A stretch of 63,778 nucleotides of DNA, the filler included, from Octopus bimaculoides (lineage: Eukaryota): assembly GCF_001194135.2 (NCBI RefSeq). It is 7 parts of 7 records of this genome, joined end to end, with 100 filler letters (N's around TTAATTAATTAA, not from the genome) between each part and the next. Parts side by side here need not be neighbours in the genome. Positions count along the whole stretch, not along the records: positions 38,578 to 43,104 come from NC_069005.1; positions 43,205 to 58,258 come from NC_068986.1; 5 more parts are not named here. One strand, written 5' to 3'. The notes below the pieces were generated by a model, which saw nothing but the letters and a program-made list of their open reading frames with translations, did not search any database and was not told the DNA's origin. A program made the translations under genes and the position numbers. This document shows positions 38,856 to 51,830 of this stretch, one piece after another. Each line of letters begins with the position of its first letter. Position 1 is the first letter of the stretch.

Positions 38856-39047
38856 ATATATTTATGTATGTATATATTATATATTCATAAATTGAATAGA
38901 AGGACGACAAAAGAACATAGGTATGCTCACATAAGACATGGTGATGCTCTTTCTGCGTCAGTTGTTGTCCAAATATCATCACAGTTTCACGCCTTTAAGA
39001 ATAATGCCGTTCATTTTGGTGACGTCAACAACAAAAAACTGCTAGAT

Positions 39048-39400
39048 GCAGGCATGGCTGTCTCATAAGATGTTTGCTTCCCAACCACATAGTTCCGGAT
39101 TCTGTCTCACTGCGTGGCACCTTGTGCAAGTGAGTTGTATTATAGCCCAGAGTCAGCCAGGGCCTTGTGAGTAGATTTGGTAGCCGGAAGCTGAAAGAAC
39201 TCCGTTGTCTATATGTGTGTGTGTGTGTGTGTTTATCCCCCATCACATCTAGTCAAGCGGTGTTGGTTTGCTTACGTCGCTGTAACTTAGCTGTTTGGCA
39301 GAATAAAAAGAAAAGAACTGCTGGTGTGTAAAAAACTCTTCAAGGTGATGCCCCAGCATGGCCGCAGTGTAATTACTGAAACAAGTAACGAAAAACGATA
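39048..39400 (+). mobile_element. SINE family A, near full length
   Basis: gcaggcatggctg head through ccagcatggccgcag tail. Confidence 0.8.
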
Positions 39401-40004
39401 AAAGATAGCATGTATGTTTACATGTATGTTTTTCACTTTTATTTTTCTTTGCAGATGCAGTTTATTTAATTTTAGTGTGAAATGTTTAGAATTTGTTGCA
39501 TGTGGTGGTACTACGTGATGGTACATAATTAGTGTCAGACAAGACGAAATGAATCTCACGCCTAGGTAAATTACAAAGTGCAATTGATTACTTGAGCAAT
39601 TTAGAAACATGACAGCGAATTTGTTCTGTCAGTAAAAGATTCGGGGCAGGTAAAAATTTAGGTTCAAATAATGTCTATGACAATAATCGATCTTAATAAA
39701 TTGATTTTTTTTTTCTACTCCTTCGTCTTCTTCTTTTAGACGTGATGCACATATTATATTACTGCTGCGCTGCAACCCTTAAAAATGTATCAACGAAACA
39801 TAGAATGATGTTGTTGTTGTTGTTGGAGGTGGTGGTAATGATTTGTATTGGTGATGGTGCTATTTGCTTTGATAAGTAGTTGTGATGGTACAGGCGACTG
39901 TGTTGTTGTTGCTGGTGGTGGTGTCAATGGTATCCGTTGCGGTGTAAGGAAAGCGTTTCATATCCTTGATTTAATCTCAGGTTTATCTCTGGTCGCATAG
40001 ACGT

Positions 40005-40168
40005 GTTTCTTTTCTTTCATCCTGTTACCTGTTGCGTCATTAGATTGTGGCCATGCTGGGGCACCGCTTTGAAGCATTTTAGTCGAGCAAATCGACCTTA
40101 GTACTTCTTTTCCGTTACTTACAATATCGGCGTCATTTTGCCGAACCACTAAGTTACGGGTACGTGCC
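40005..40168 (-). mobile_element. SINE family A, 3' half
   Basis: gtggccatgctggggcaccgc..agtcgagcaaatcgacc..ccgaaccactaagttac. Confidence 0.75.
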
Positions 40169-40227
40169 AAGAAATTGCAGTTGTGACCTCACCGTCATTT
40201 TGGCAGCCGTATAGTACTCTAATGTGT

Positions 40228-40485
40228 AGGCGCGTGGTTTAGTGGTTAGGGTGTCGGCATCATGATCGTAAGGTTGTGGTTTCGATTCCTGGACCGGGCG
40301 ACGCGTTGTGTTCTTGAGCAAACCACTTCATTTCACGTTGCTCCAGTCCACTCCGCTGGCAAAAATGAGTAACGCTGGAGTGGACGGACGTCTCGTCTAG
40401 CTGCGGAACACATACGCTATTGAAACCGGGAAACCGGGCCCATGAGCCTGGCTAGGCTTTGAAAGGGCGACGTTTATCGTTTTAT
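40228..40485 (+). mobile_element. tRNA-derived SINE (family C)
   Basis: A box ggtttagtggttag, B box ggtttcgattcc; body homologous to 8371. Confidence 0.8.
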
Positions 40486-41200
40486 AGTACTATAATACCT
40501 AACAGTAATTTGTATATTTAAGATTATAGTGTAGCGGTTCGATTCCCTGTAAAGGCTTGTTGGCAACTTTTTCCTGTCTTCTAGGGGTATTCACCCAATT
40601 TTCTAGTCTGCTTTTACAGCTGTCCCGAATTGGAGATTTACTTTATATTCTGTAAGAGACCAGCACAGTTGCCGCATCTAAGTTTGTTTNNNNNNNNNNN
40701 NNNNNNNNNNNNNNNNNNNNNNNNNNNNNNNNNNNNNNNNNNNNNNNNNNNNNNNNNNNNNNNNNNNNNNNNNNNNNNNNNNNNNNNNNNNNNNNNNNNN
40801 NNNNNNNNNNNNNNNNNNNNNNNNNNNNNNNNNNNNNNNNNNNNNNNNNNNNNNNNNNNNNNNNNNNNNNNNNNNNNNNNNNNNNNNNNNNNNNNNNNNN
40901 NNNNNNNNNNNNNNNNNNNNNNNNNNNNNNNNNNNNNNNNNNNNNNNNNNNNNNNNNNNNNNNNNNNNNNNNNNNNNNNNNNNNNNNNNNNNNNNNNNNN
41001 NNNNNNNNNNNNNNNNNNNNNNNNNNNNNNNNNNNNNNNNNNNNNNNNNNNNNNNNNNNNNNNNNNNNNNNNNNNNNNNNNNNNNNNNNNNNNNNNNNNN
41101 NNNNNNNNNNNNNNNNNNNNNNNNNNNNNNNNNNNNNNNNNNNNNNNNNNNNNNNNNNNNNNNNNNNNNNNNNNNNNNNNNNNNNNNATATATATATATA

Positions 41201-41362
41201 TACGACCGACTTCTTTCAGTTTCCGTCTACCGAATCCACTCACAAGGCTTTGGTCGCCCCGAGGTTATAGTAGAAGACACTTGCCCAAGGTGCCATGCAG
41301 TGGGGCTGAACCCAGAACCATGTGGTTGGTAAGCAAGCTACTTACCACACAACCACTCCTGC
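41201..41362 (-). mobile_element. SINE family A, 5' half
   Basis: Close match to the other family A heads. Confidence 0.8.
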
Positions 41363-41532
41363 ACATATATGCAATGTATATATATTCATAAACGTGTGTG
41401 TGTGTGCGCGTACGTGCGTGACTGTGTGTGCATGTGTGTGCATGTGTGTGCATGTGTGTGCATGTGTGTGTAACGTAGTAGATATATAAACAGTAAATTT
41501 TACCTATCTCCCCGTAGACGGAAAGAATGAAC

Positions 41533-41580
41533 AGTCTTAATCGATTTTGGAAACTTATTGTATTCTCATCAGAGACGTCT
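41533..41580 (-). ncRNA. Degenerate type I hammerhead-like motif
   Basis: gtct-CTGATGA-gaatacaataagtttc-CAA-AATCGATT-A-agac: 4-bp stem I, palindromic stem III, G12 missing. Confidence 0.35.
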
Positions 41581-41764
41581 ACATCAATTTGACCGATCCC
41601 AGAGAAACAAGTCGCGTGTCTGCTTACATATCCTGTTGTTACCAAGGACTGGAGTTACTAACTATCATATAGTAAGTGTTTCACACTTCATTAATATCAG
41701 CAGCGGCTGAACGAGGATCTCAGTGCACACAGTGTCAAGATATAACACACATACACACCAATAA

Positions 41765-41972
41765 ATTCTTTTCTACTCTAGGCACAAGGCCTGAAACTTT
41801 GGGGGAGGTTAGATCGATCCTCAGTACGCAACTGGCACTTAATTTATCGAATCCGAAAGGATGAAGGGCAACGTCAATCCCGGGAGATTTTGAACTCAGA
41901 AAGTAAAGACAGACGAAATACCGCTAAAGCATTTCTCCCAGCGTGGTAGCATTTCTGCCAGCTCACCGCCTT
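41765..41972 (-). mobile_element. SINE family B
   Basis: ctaggcacaaggcctgaaa..aaaggatgaagggc..ctgccagctcaccgcc. Confidence 0.8.
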
Positions 41973-42471
41973 GTACACACAAATATATTACGCTAAATAG
42001 GTTGATCTTGTTGTTATTCTCCTGGCGTTGACCAACTTTAATTAACGTTTTTAACAACTCCGTAGAGAGATTTTGATATTTCTCCCACACACAACAGAAA
42101 AAGGTGTAAATGACTCAATCAACTTCACGTTTCCTCGCTTTGAGACTTGAGATTTTGCTCTCTTACCGCTATGTACTCTCACTCTGTTGCGCTTTAAAGC
42201 AACCTAGAAAAGTTGCAAGTGTTCATGCCGAGTAGTATCCTCAAGAGACCTTGCGTCTAAGCTAACAGAAGTATTGAGTGCTTTTCTTTTCTTTTTTACT
42301 TTAATGCAAAGCCAATATCTTCGTCGTGGTTTACGTCTTCGTTGTTGTTGTTGTTTTATTGTTTAACTTCAGGTTAAGTCTGATCAAGTAGGCTTACAAT
42401 CAAAAGAAACATTATAAAGCTTGCCATCCAGTCCAACGTATTGAGGTATCTAAGATGACCACATCGTCTAA

Positions 42472-43036
42472 GAGAGAACAAAGAGTGAAATTAGTAATGA
42501 ACGAGAAAAATGAAAAACAGAGCAAGTAAACACAGAGAAAGGACCCTTCATAAGTTATCAGCTGTCTTTCTACTCTTCACTTCGAGCATTCAGCGACAAT
42601 ATGAGTCTTCGAAGACAGTTGTTCCCATAAATTCTAAAATGAAATTTATGATTTATGAAGGGTCAAAGATGGAGAAAAAAACGACAGTAGAAACATACAA
42701 GGAAACCGAACGAAAACACCCATGGACGGTTGTTAGACCAGAACAAGAGGAAAATAGCGAACGCTGGGAGCAACATTTTTTTTTTTGAAAAGAGAGGTTT
42801 ACTTGTATGTCTCCACTGTTATTTTTTTTTGTTCCCAGCTTTGACCCTCCATAAATCCTGAATTTTATTTTAGAATTTATGAGACCAACTGTTTTTGAAG
42901 ACTGATATTGTTGTTGAATGCTCGAAATGAGAAGTGGATAGACAACCGACAATTAATGAAGGGTCCTTTCTCTGTGTCCACTTGTTTTGTTTTCCCTTTT
43001 TTCTTTTTCATTGCATATTTCACTCTTTATTCTCTC
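42472..43036. repeat. Long imperfect inverted repeat (foldback): ~235-240-bp arms, ~90-bp spacer
   Basis: The same peptide (SSIQxQYxSSKTVxxINSKxKFxIYxGSK) appears on both strands in the ORF track. acacagagaaaggaccc/gggtcctttctctgtgt is a perfect inverted match. Confidence 0.9.
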
Positions 43037-43104
43037 GTCTATTTACGTATTTCGTGTTATTTGAATCGTTGGTGACGTCTTGTATCCATATATGCTTATA
43101 TATA

Positions 43105-43204
43105 NNNNNNNNNNNNNNNNNNNNNNNNNNNNNNNNNNNNNNNNNNNNTTAATTAATTAANNNNNNNNNNNNNNNNNNNNNNNNNNNNNNNNNNNNNNNN
43201 NNNN
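43105..43204. other. Artificial 100-bp scaffold spacer
   Basis: Same 44N-12-44N layout. Confidence 0.95.
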
Positions 43205-43351
43205 ATATATATATGTATTTATAGATATACAGATATACAAGTATAAATGCATACGTAGATGAACATACACAATGCACGTGTTGTGTGCTTGTATGCAAAT
43301 GTATTATATATATATAGCTTTCAATAAGCACTGTAATATTGCAGATATACG

Positions 43352-43420
<69 letters not shown>

Positions 43421-43429
43421 GTAGATAGG

Positions 43430-43489
<60 letters not shown>

Positions 43490-43629
43490 CAGATAGATGA
43501 GTTGACGGATAGATGGTTACATACATGCATATATACATTTGTGTACACGCGTTCTTGGGCTTGTGTGTGCGTGCATATGCATGTACGTGTAGTCATATAC
43601 ATGTGCGTGTGTGTGTGTGTGTGTGTGTT

Positions 43630-43660
<31 letters not shown>

Positions 43661-43831
43661 GTGTATGTGTGTTTGTGTGTGTGTGTGTGCGTGTGCGTGT
43701 ATCGTTATCGTATTAGATTTGTGTATCGCGATACATACACATTATTATATAGCAACACACGAAGACATATGCACACACACATATTCGCACACACACACTC
43801 TCTCTCTTTCTCTCTCTCTCTCACTCTCTCA

Positions 43832-43874
<43 letters not shown>

Positions 43875-44831
43875 ACGCACACACTTTAAACGAGGTGTCA
43901 TGGATTGGGTGTTTAAAATACCTTCGGCTTTTATAAAATGCCTTTTACTTACACACATACATACACAATTTATATATGTGTGTGTATATATATATGTTTG
44001 TATGCATATGTATGTGTGTGTAGTGTATGTATATATATATATATATATATATATACGTTTGTATGTATGTGTATATACGTGTATATATATATGTTGTTCT
44101 TTTTTTATTTTCTTTCTACTGGCTGTTTCGTTAACTACATTAAGCAAGCCAGTTGATATAGTTTTCGTATCAGCTGGAAATCTTTGATAATTGAATTACA
44201 GCAATCCCTTTACGATGCGTAGGCCACATTCAGACATTGTATAATGGATTTAATTCTCTTATCCTTATCACAAATAGTTATCCTGTTTCTGTCTTTACAG
44301 CTTCAATCTCTATACACCAGCACAACATGTAGATATAGAGAATGCACTCATCACCGCATGCTGAATGCTAGACGCATATTTCTATCGCATTCCGGTTTAT
44401 GATTAAATGTAAGCGTATATCTTTGTGACTTTTTTATTGCCTTTTCTTACTTACAGTGTTTGTACTATTACATCTACATTCATCTTTAGAAGGATATATT
44501 TGTGTGCAACTTTGAATATGAATAGCTGCCACAGAAAAGAATAAAAAAAAGAAGAGAAACAAATATAGAAATAGCAAATGCAGGAAAAAAAAAAGCAGAA
44601 TGGTATATGCTCGTACATCTATACACACATGCTCAGACACACAGAGCTTAAAAAACATGCACACCTACAAGCATAGAATTATAGATAGGTGAATACATAG
44701 ATTCATACATATATATAGATTAATATAGATGCAAATATACACATACATAATATAATATAATATATGTGTGTGTGTAGGTGTGTATATATATATAAATATA
44801 TATATATCCATACATAGTTAAATATACATGC

Positions 44832-44890
<59 letters not shown>

Positions 44891-44926
44891 TTTTCTCTAT
44901 GCACCTTAGTATATATTAGTTATGTA

Positions 44927-44965
<39 letters not shown>

Positions 44966-44966
44966 T

Positions 44967-45017
<51 letters not shown>

Positions 45018-45038
45018 GTATGTATCTATGTATCTATG

Positions 45039-45079
<41 letters not shown>

Positions 45080-45737
45080 ATATACATACATATATATGTG
45101 CATACATATTCCTACATATTTCTACATTCATATATTAACACATACACATATGTACACCTAAACACATATACATTCATATACACACGCTCACATGCACACA
45201 CCACACACACACACACACGCACACATACACATACACAGATACCAAACACACATCCACACATACAAAACCAGCGACAGAGTTTTATCAATTCTCAAAAGTA
45301 ATATATATGAAACTTCAAATAATGCTAAACTGAGTTAATCAAATACGCTTGAATATTGTCAACTTAAAGAATTATGTTTGAGTTGAGTGTCTTTTCGCGG
45401 TGCTGTCTGCTACTTCTACATTGATATATCTATGATGGAACCTTCGTTGTAGTCTTTGGAATACCCAGGTGGAATATGGAGACTAAATTGAAATGTATAC
45501 AAAAAAAAAGAAGAAAAAAAAACAAAAAATTCTGTGATGACATAAATTCTATCACACTCAAATTGACAGAGTTATGCGAGATTTCTTTCAAAATAGCAGC
45601 GTTCTGCTTTGCAGCAAATGATGCCGGCAATATCTTTTTGCTTTGTTTTGTTTTATATATTTATTTATTTATATAAACAGAAAATATTTGTGTACAGATC
45701 CATTTTTAGTACAATAGTTATCATAATTTCCTATGTT

Positions 45738-45772
<35 letters not shown>

Positions 45773-46355
45773 NNNNNNNNNNNNNNNNNNNNNNNNNNNN
45801 NNNNNNNNNNNNNNNNNNNNNNNNNNNNNNNNNNNNNNNNNNNNNNNNNNNNNNNNNNNNNNNNNNNNNNNNNNNNNNNNNNNNNNNNNNNNNNNNNNNN
45901 NNNNNNNNNNNNNNNNNNNNNNNNNNNNNNNNNNNNNNNNNNNNNNNNNNNNNNNNNNNNNNNNNNNNNNNNNNNNNNNNNNNNNNNNNNNNNNNNNNNN
46001 NNNNNNNNNNNNNNNNNNNNNNNNNNNNNNNNNNNNNNNNNNNNNNNNNNNNNNNNNNNNNNNNNNNNNNNNNNNNNNNNNNNNNNNNNNNNNNNNNNNN
46101 NNNNNNNNNNNNNNNNNNNNNNNNNNNNNNNNNNNNNNNNNNNNNNNNNNNNNNNNNNNNNNNNNNNNNNNNNNNNNNNNNNNNNNNNNNNNNNNNNNNN
46201 NNNNNNNNNNNNNNNNNNNNNNNNNNNNNNNNNNNNNNNNNNNNNNNNNNNNNNNNNNNNNNNNNNNNNNNNNNNNNNNNNNNNNNNNNNNNNNNNNNNN
46301 NNNNNNNNNNNNNNNNNNNNNNNNNNNNNNNNNNNNNNNNNNNNNNNNNNNNNNN

Positions 46356-46392
<37 letters not shown>

Positions 46393-46395
<3 letters not shown>

Positions 46396-46790
46396 TCTTT
46401 TACTCTTTTACTTGTTCAAGTCATTTGACTGCGGCCATGCTGGAGCACTGTCTTTAGTCGAGCAAATCGACCCCAGGACTTATTCCTTGTAAGCGTAGTA
46501 CTTATTCTATCGGTCTCTTTTGCCGAACCACTAAGTTACGGGGACGTAAACACACCACCCTCGGTTGTCAAACGATGTTGGGGGGACAAACACAGACACA
46601 CATATATATACATAAACATATATACGACGGGCTTCTTTTAGTTTCCGTCTACCAAATATACTCACAAGGCTTTGGTCGACCCGAGGCTATGGTAGAGGAC
46701 ACTTGCCCAAGGTACCATGCAGTGGGACTGCACCTGGAACCATGTAGTTAGGAAGCAAGCTACTTACCACACAGGCACTCCTGCGCCTAT
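46393..46790 (-). mobile_element. SINE family A, full length
   Basis: Head, CORE-like segment, internal microsatellite and tactcttt tail all present. Confidence 0.85.
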
Positions 46791-48278
46791 GGCAATTTTT
46801 TTACGATAAGGGTCTTATTTTTTTTTTTTTAATTTTTGTTCTTTGAGAAGAAACCTAACTTCAAGCTACTTTTTGCAGATCGCTGAAAAAGCTTTTGTGC
46901 GTTCGTAGAGAATATTACTATCACCCTCAGCGGCGCTAGTGTTGGTATATTCGTGAATCAGTCACTAACCAAAATAAGTGGATCTGTTGTTTAGAAAAAT
47001 ACTATTTACTTGTTTAAGCGTTGTACTGGAAAAATTGCGAAAATAACTCAAATAGTTCAAATACTAAGAAATAAGCATACTGAATTTGATTTGTACGAAA
47101 TAATTTACGAACTTGAATGGGTTATTTAAGTATCTCTGAAAAAAATTTGCTTTGGATTTATGTATTGGTATTTATTGCAAGAAACAGCTAAGTTTCTTTC
47201 TCTAACATTTTACATATTTCAACTTACACGAGTTAATGTGTGAAAAGCGAAATAGTTATTTTGAAAGAAGTTTCTATAAAAGTAGTTTTTGAATATCGAA
47301 TGGCTGTAGGGGGTCCACCAGAATAAAATAGTAATCAAAGGGGTCTATAGATAGAAAGAATAGCTGAGAACCCCTGCTCAAGAGAATCTGTCTTTATTCT
47401 CGCCAGCGCCGCCATGAGCGCTATCTCATTTGCATGATACAGTTCTATATTTAAGAGATGAGGAATTATGTACATTATTTACATTATTTATATTTGATGT
47501 ATATTTGTCTTCATCTTGACAAATATCCGTCAAATGTAAATAATGTATCGTTTTCATGATGTGGAAAATATTCTAACAGCATTGCCCAAATGATGTTGTC
47601 ATCAACTTTAAAATTCACCCAAAGTTTGATCTCCGTACCATCAGCCCTCTACAAAAATCACGCTCGTGACAATACTATAGCAGAACAATTTCACTAGAAA
47701 AGAGAGAGAGGTGGGAGAGAAAGAGAAATCTTTGAGAAGGAAGAGGGATATACAGAATCTTGGCAAAGAAGTATTGATGGAATATGGCAAATTATGAGAT
47801 CTAGTGATAACATTATATGTTATCATTATCTCTATGAACATTATATACATTAACATACGCAAACTTAAAACTACATAGTAATCAGATTGTCGTATATGTG
47901 AATGTGAATAATAGCATACAACTAATGATATGACTACTGATAAGCTAAGATATTCTTTTTCACTTGTATTGCATAGCTAACTGTCTACATATCATAACAA
48001 TGTAAGACGGCCATGTTTGATACATGATAGTCAATCGCTTTGTCTCAGAAGTCGGAGAGGGAAGGTCTGTCCCTTAGTAAATGTGTCAAGTGTCAGATAG
48101 GTGTGAGTATAAGTAGTGTGAATGTCACTATTACGCGCCTGTAAGCTGAACACAGCTGGGAAAGGACCTTTACCCTTGGTAGTCAGATTAATCTTATACC
48201 TTGATTGCTTTAAGATAGATCTCGAACAGAGACCTCTCTATTTTGTATACTCCTGTATTTCTGATATCTACCTATGTG

Positions 48279-48317
<39 letters not shown>

Positions 48318-50076
48318 NNNNNNNNNNNNNNNNNNNNNNNNNNNNNNNNNNNNNNNNNNNNNNNNNNNNNNNNNNNNNNNNNNNNNNNNNNNNNNNNNNN
48401 NNNNNNNNNNNNNNNNNNNNNNNNNNNNNNNNNNNNNNNNNNNNNNNNNNNNNNNNNNNNNNNNNNNNNNNNNNNNNNNNNNNNNNNNNNNNNNNNNNNN
48501 NNNNNNNNNNNNNNNNNNNNNNNNNNNNNNNNNNNNNNNNNNNNNNNNNNNNNNNNNNNNNNNNNNNNNNNNNNNNNNNNNNNNNNNNNNNNNNNNNAAG
48601 AATGTTAGGGGTTGTGAATCCAACCCACTAAGAGATAATATCTATCCAATATACTACCGAAAGAATACCCAATTGTCATTACACTAGTAGAGTAAATACC
48701 AGGCTTAAAAAAAATAAAAACGACAAATTTCTTCAAGGCAGTGCCCCAGCATGGCCGAGGTCTTATAAATGAGACGAGTAAACAATAAAAGATTTTACGA
48801 AGAAACATTTACCCTTTGTTTTCTCGTTTTAAAAAATTTTTCTAGTTTTTTTATTGTCTTCTAATCTGGCTTAAACTAAACTCACGTGACCTAATTACTT
48901 TCAATTAATGTTTTTAGGTAGTATTTTTATATTGTCTAATTCACTAATGTTTCTGTACTAGCTACTTCATACATCTACTTACTCAATTCAACAATCATAT
49001 ATTCCAATTGACATAAATTTGTCATATTCCTTTTTACTTTTTCCCTAATTTATGAAATATTACCCTGCGTTTTCTACGCGATGTTTTTATTTAATGTCTT
49101 CCAGTAATTGTTATAGCTTTCTATTTACGTCGTATTATTTCTTCAAGACTTCACTGCAAATATATTCTTATATTCTGTTGACATCAGACTTTGGATGTAG
49201 TTGCCTGGATCCTGTCATAATTTTTTTACTTTTCGTTTCCTATTTATGTTCTTCACTTCACTTAATTTCCAATTGATTGCCAGTATTCTTATTTAGTGGC
49301 ACAGCTAGTGTCTTTATTTTTATTGATTTGTTCTACATATTCAGTTCTTCCTAATTATTTTATTACTTTATCGTTATTTCTATGTTTTTCTTCTTTTTAA
49401 ACATTATATATTATACATTACCAGCTTAAGATAATTTTTATTTTAAGTATTCTTAGATTTCCAGACATTGAATATATTTATGATGCTTGTTTTGTTTTGT
49501 TTTTTGAGAGTGTTATTGGCAAATTTCTCAAGTCACATGTTATTAATATAAGTATTTTTACAGAATTCTTAGACTATTCCTATTCAAGGCGCCGCTTGAT
49601 TATCATTCCATGCATAAAGTTTTAAGTCAACCATGTACAAGAAGTGACTTATTGACCATCTCCAGACACTCCAATTTCACTCAGTATTTATAAGCGAAAC
49701 TGCAACTGTCGTTAAGGTGAATACACAACTTATTATTTTATCATCAGACTGCCGTTGCTAATGTTTCACACAATGACTAATATGTACATCTAAAAGTGGG
49801 GGAGACTGCTAAATGTTTTGTATCATATTTATAATTCATTCTTCGACTGGTTTGTAACTGAACAGGGACTGTATTGGAGCATCGATTTCAAAATTTTTTG
49901 TTGATCACATCCATTAGTAATATATATTTTAGTTTTGTGTTTATTTTATCAGATGTTATTTAGTGAACGGCCAGTTTACGTACCGTAACGAAACACACCA
50001 TGTTTTAAACCGCTATAACCATAAACATACATACAAATATGCTTATCCCACAATCTCGTACATATTTATGCTTATT

Positions 50077-50111
<35 letters not shown>

Positions 50112-50648
50112 GTGTGTGTGTGTGTGTGTGTGTATGTGTGTGTGTGTGTGTTATTATTCAATTTATTTCAAGATTTCATGTCAATAGAGAAAGAACCGGT
50201 TTCTAACCTAGATCCAAGGCTTCTTCATTGGAATTTCAACATCAACAACAGGGTATTTTTGTATGTATGTATGTATTATGTATGTTAGTATGTATGTATG
50301 TATGTATGTATGTATGTATGTATGTATGTATGTTGATAGGGACCGTCGGACTCTTACGCGAATTGTTTTATAGCAAGTTGATGCAGGTAGTTTATCCGGT
50401 ACCCCTCCGACTTTTAGTTCACGCAATTGAAAAAAAAGTCACATTATTTAAGGGATGACCCAATTTATAATTAAATGAAGCAGCTAGTTAGCAGAGTTTC
50501 ACGCAAAAGGAAAGCTATTAATGTCAGTAAATATGACGGAGGGTGTTAAAACACCTACAATGCTAGAAATAAGAGCTAAAGGGCGCTATTGCTGCTGTCA
50601 ATGCATATATAATTGTATACATACATACCGTCAGCGACCATAGATGCC

Positions 50649-50700
<52 letters not shown>

Positions 50701-51023
50701 AGAAACGATCGTTGGCTCTGATGATCCAATCCGCAAATAAAGATGTGATGTGTGTGTGTGTGTGTGTGTGTTTGTGCGTGTGTGTGTGTATGTGCGTGTG
50801 GGTGGGGTATTTATCTAGGTATGTGCACTGGGCCTAGAGGAAACTTGTTCAAGATGTCACGGTGTGAGATCGAAACTTGGAACCACGTGATTGAGAATCG
50901 AACCTCTTAACTACAAGCCTATATTTACGCCTTCGATAAATTCCGTATCTGTACTATAATGACACCACCGTTATCATAAACTATAACTTTAGAAATACCA
51001 ATATCATTCTAGACGCACTTCAG

Positions 51024-51068
51024 ATGCATACTATAGCAATGACCAAATAAGAAACTGTACCAGCCTAG
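51024..51068 (+). CDS. Possible 45-nt symmetric (phase 1-1) cassette exon, AYYSNDQIRNCTSL
   Basis: Strong donor AG|GTATGT at 51069 and open frame compatible with neighbouring exons. Acceptor cacttcAG is weak, with competing AGs upstream. Confidence 0.2.
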
Positions 51069-51309
51069 GTATGTGAAATGATTCAAACGGAGCTGTGACA
51101 GCGAACAAAAAGATTAACGAGACAAGGAAAACACACAACTGAGATGATTTTTATTGCCTATATGCATTATTATTGTTTTGATACTTCTATTAACGATTAT
51201 GGAAATCATTATCGGTAAGTCACCTGGATAAATTGTTTGAAGGTATTCAGTCATATTTCTTTCTAAATCCAAATCCACATGGATCGACATCAAGTTTTGT
51301 TTCTTACAG

Positions 51310-51320
51310 ATAAAACGGAA
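51310..51320 (+). CDS. Candidate 11-nt microexon (AT AAA ACG GAA, phase 1 to 0)
   Basis: Acceptor agttttgtttcttacAG (51309), donor AA|GTAAGA (51321), branch-like CTAAAT ~45 nt upstream. It supplies exactly the phase change needed between the 5770 and 63137 exons. Confidence 0.4.
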
Positions 51321-51660
51321 GTAAGAAATCTGGATACTTTCGCTCGATCTGCTATCATTAGCACTTAAATATTCTTTAAATTTTCCCCTATAAATAAATA
51401 TATTACTGGATAAAACAATTCTAAATATAACAAACCAAAAATGAAGACGAAATTGTCACGGCTGGAATACCGGTGGACCAACGAAATATTAGCTTGTAGA
51501 AAAACATGCAAATAAACATGGACGAACAAAACGGAAGCGATGACTCTGTGTGAAAGAAACATTAAAACTTTCAAAAATATTCTCACAAATAAAACGAAAC
51601 AACGCCATTTACAGAAACTTCTCATAAATATACGACATTACAGAGATATCATCAACAGCA

Positions 51661-51830
51661 AGGCGCAAGAGTGGCTGTGTGGTAAATAGCTTGCTTACCA
51701 ACCACATGATTCCTGGTTCAGTCCCACTGCGTGGCACCTTGGGCAAGTGTCTTCTACTAGAGCCTCGGGCCGACCAAAGCGTTGTAAGTGGATTTGGTAG
51801 ACGGAAACTGAAAGAAGCCCGTCGTATATA
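51661..51830 (+). mobile_element. SINE family A, 5' half
   Basis: gcaagagtggctgtgtggtaa..ccttgggcaagtgtcttct..gaaagaagcccgtcg. Confidence 0.85.

Noticed and set aside
44301-44408. Acceptor (ttctgtctttacAG) and donor (T|GTAAGC) pair as an exon
   Set aside because: All three frames contain stops before the donor. It could only be non-coding or a poison exon, and nothing else supports that.
48049-48102. 54-nt phase 0-0 exon candidate (KSEREGLSLSKCVKCQIG)
   Set aside because: Its phase does not fit the flanking phase-1 junctions of the gene model, and the splice signals are moderate.
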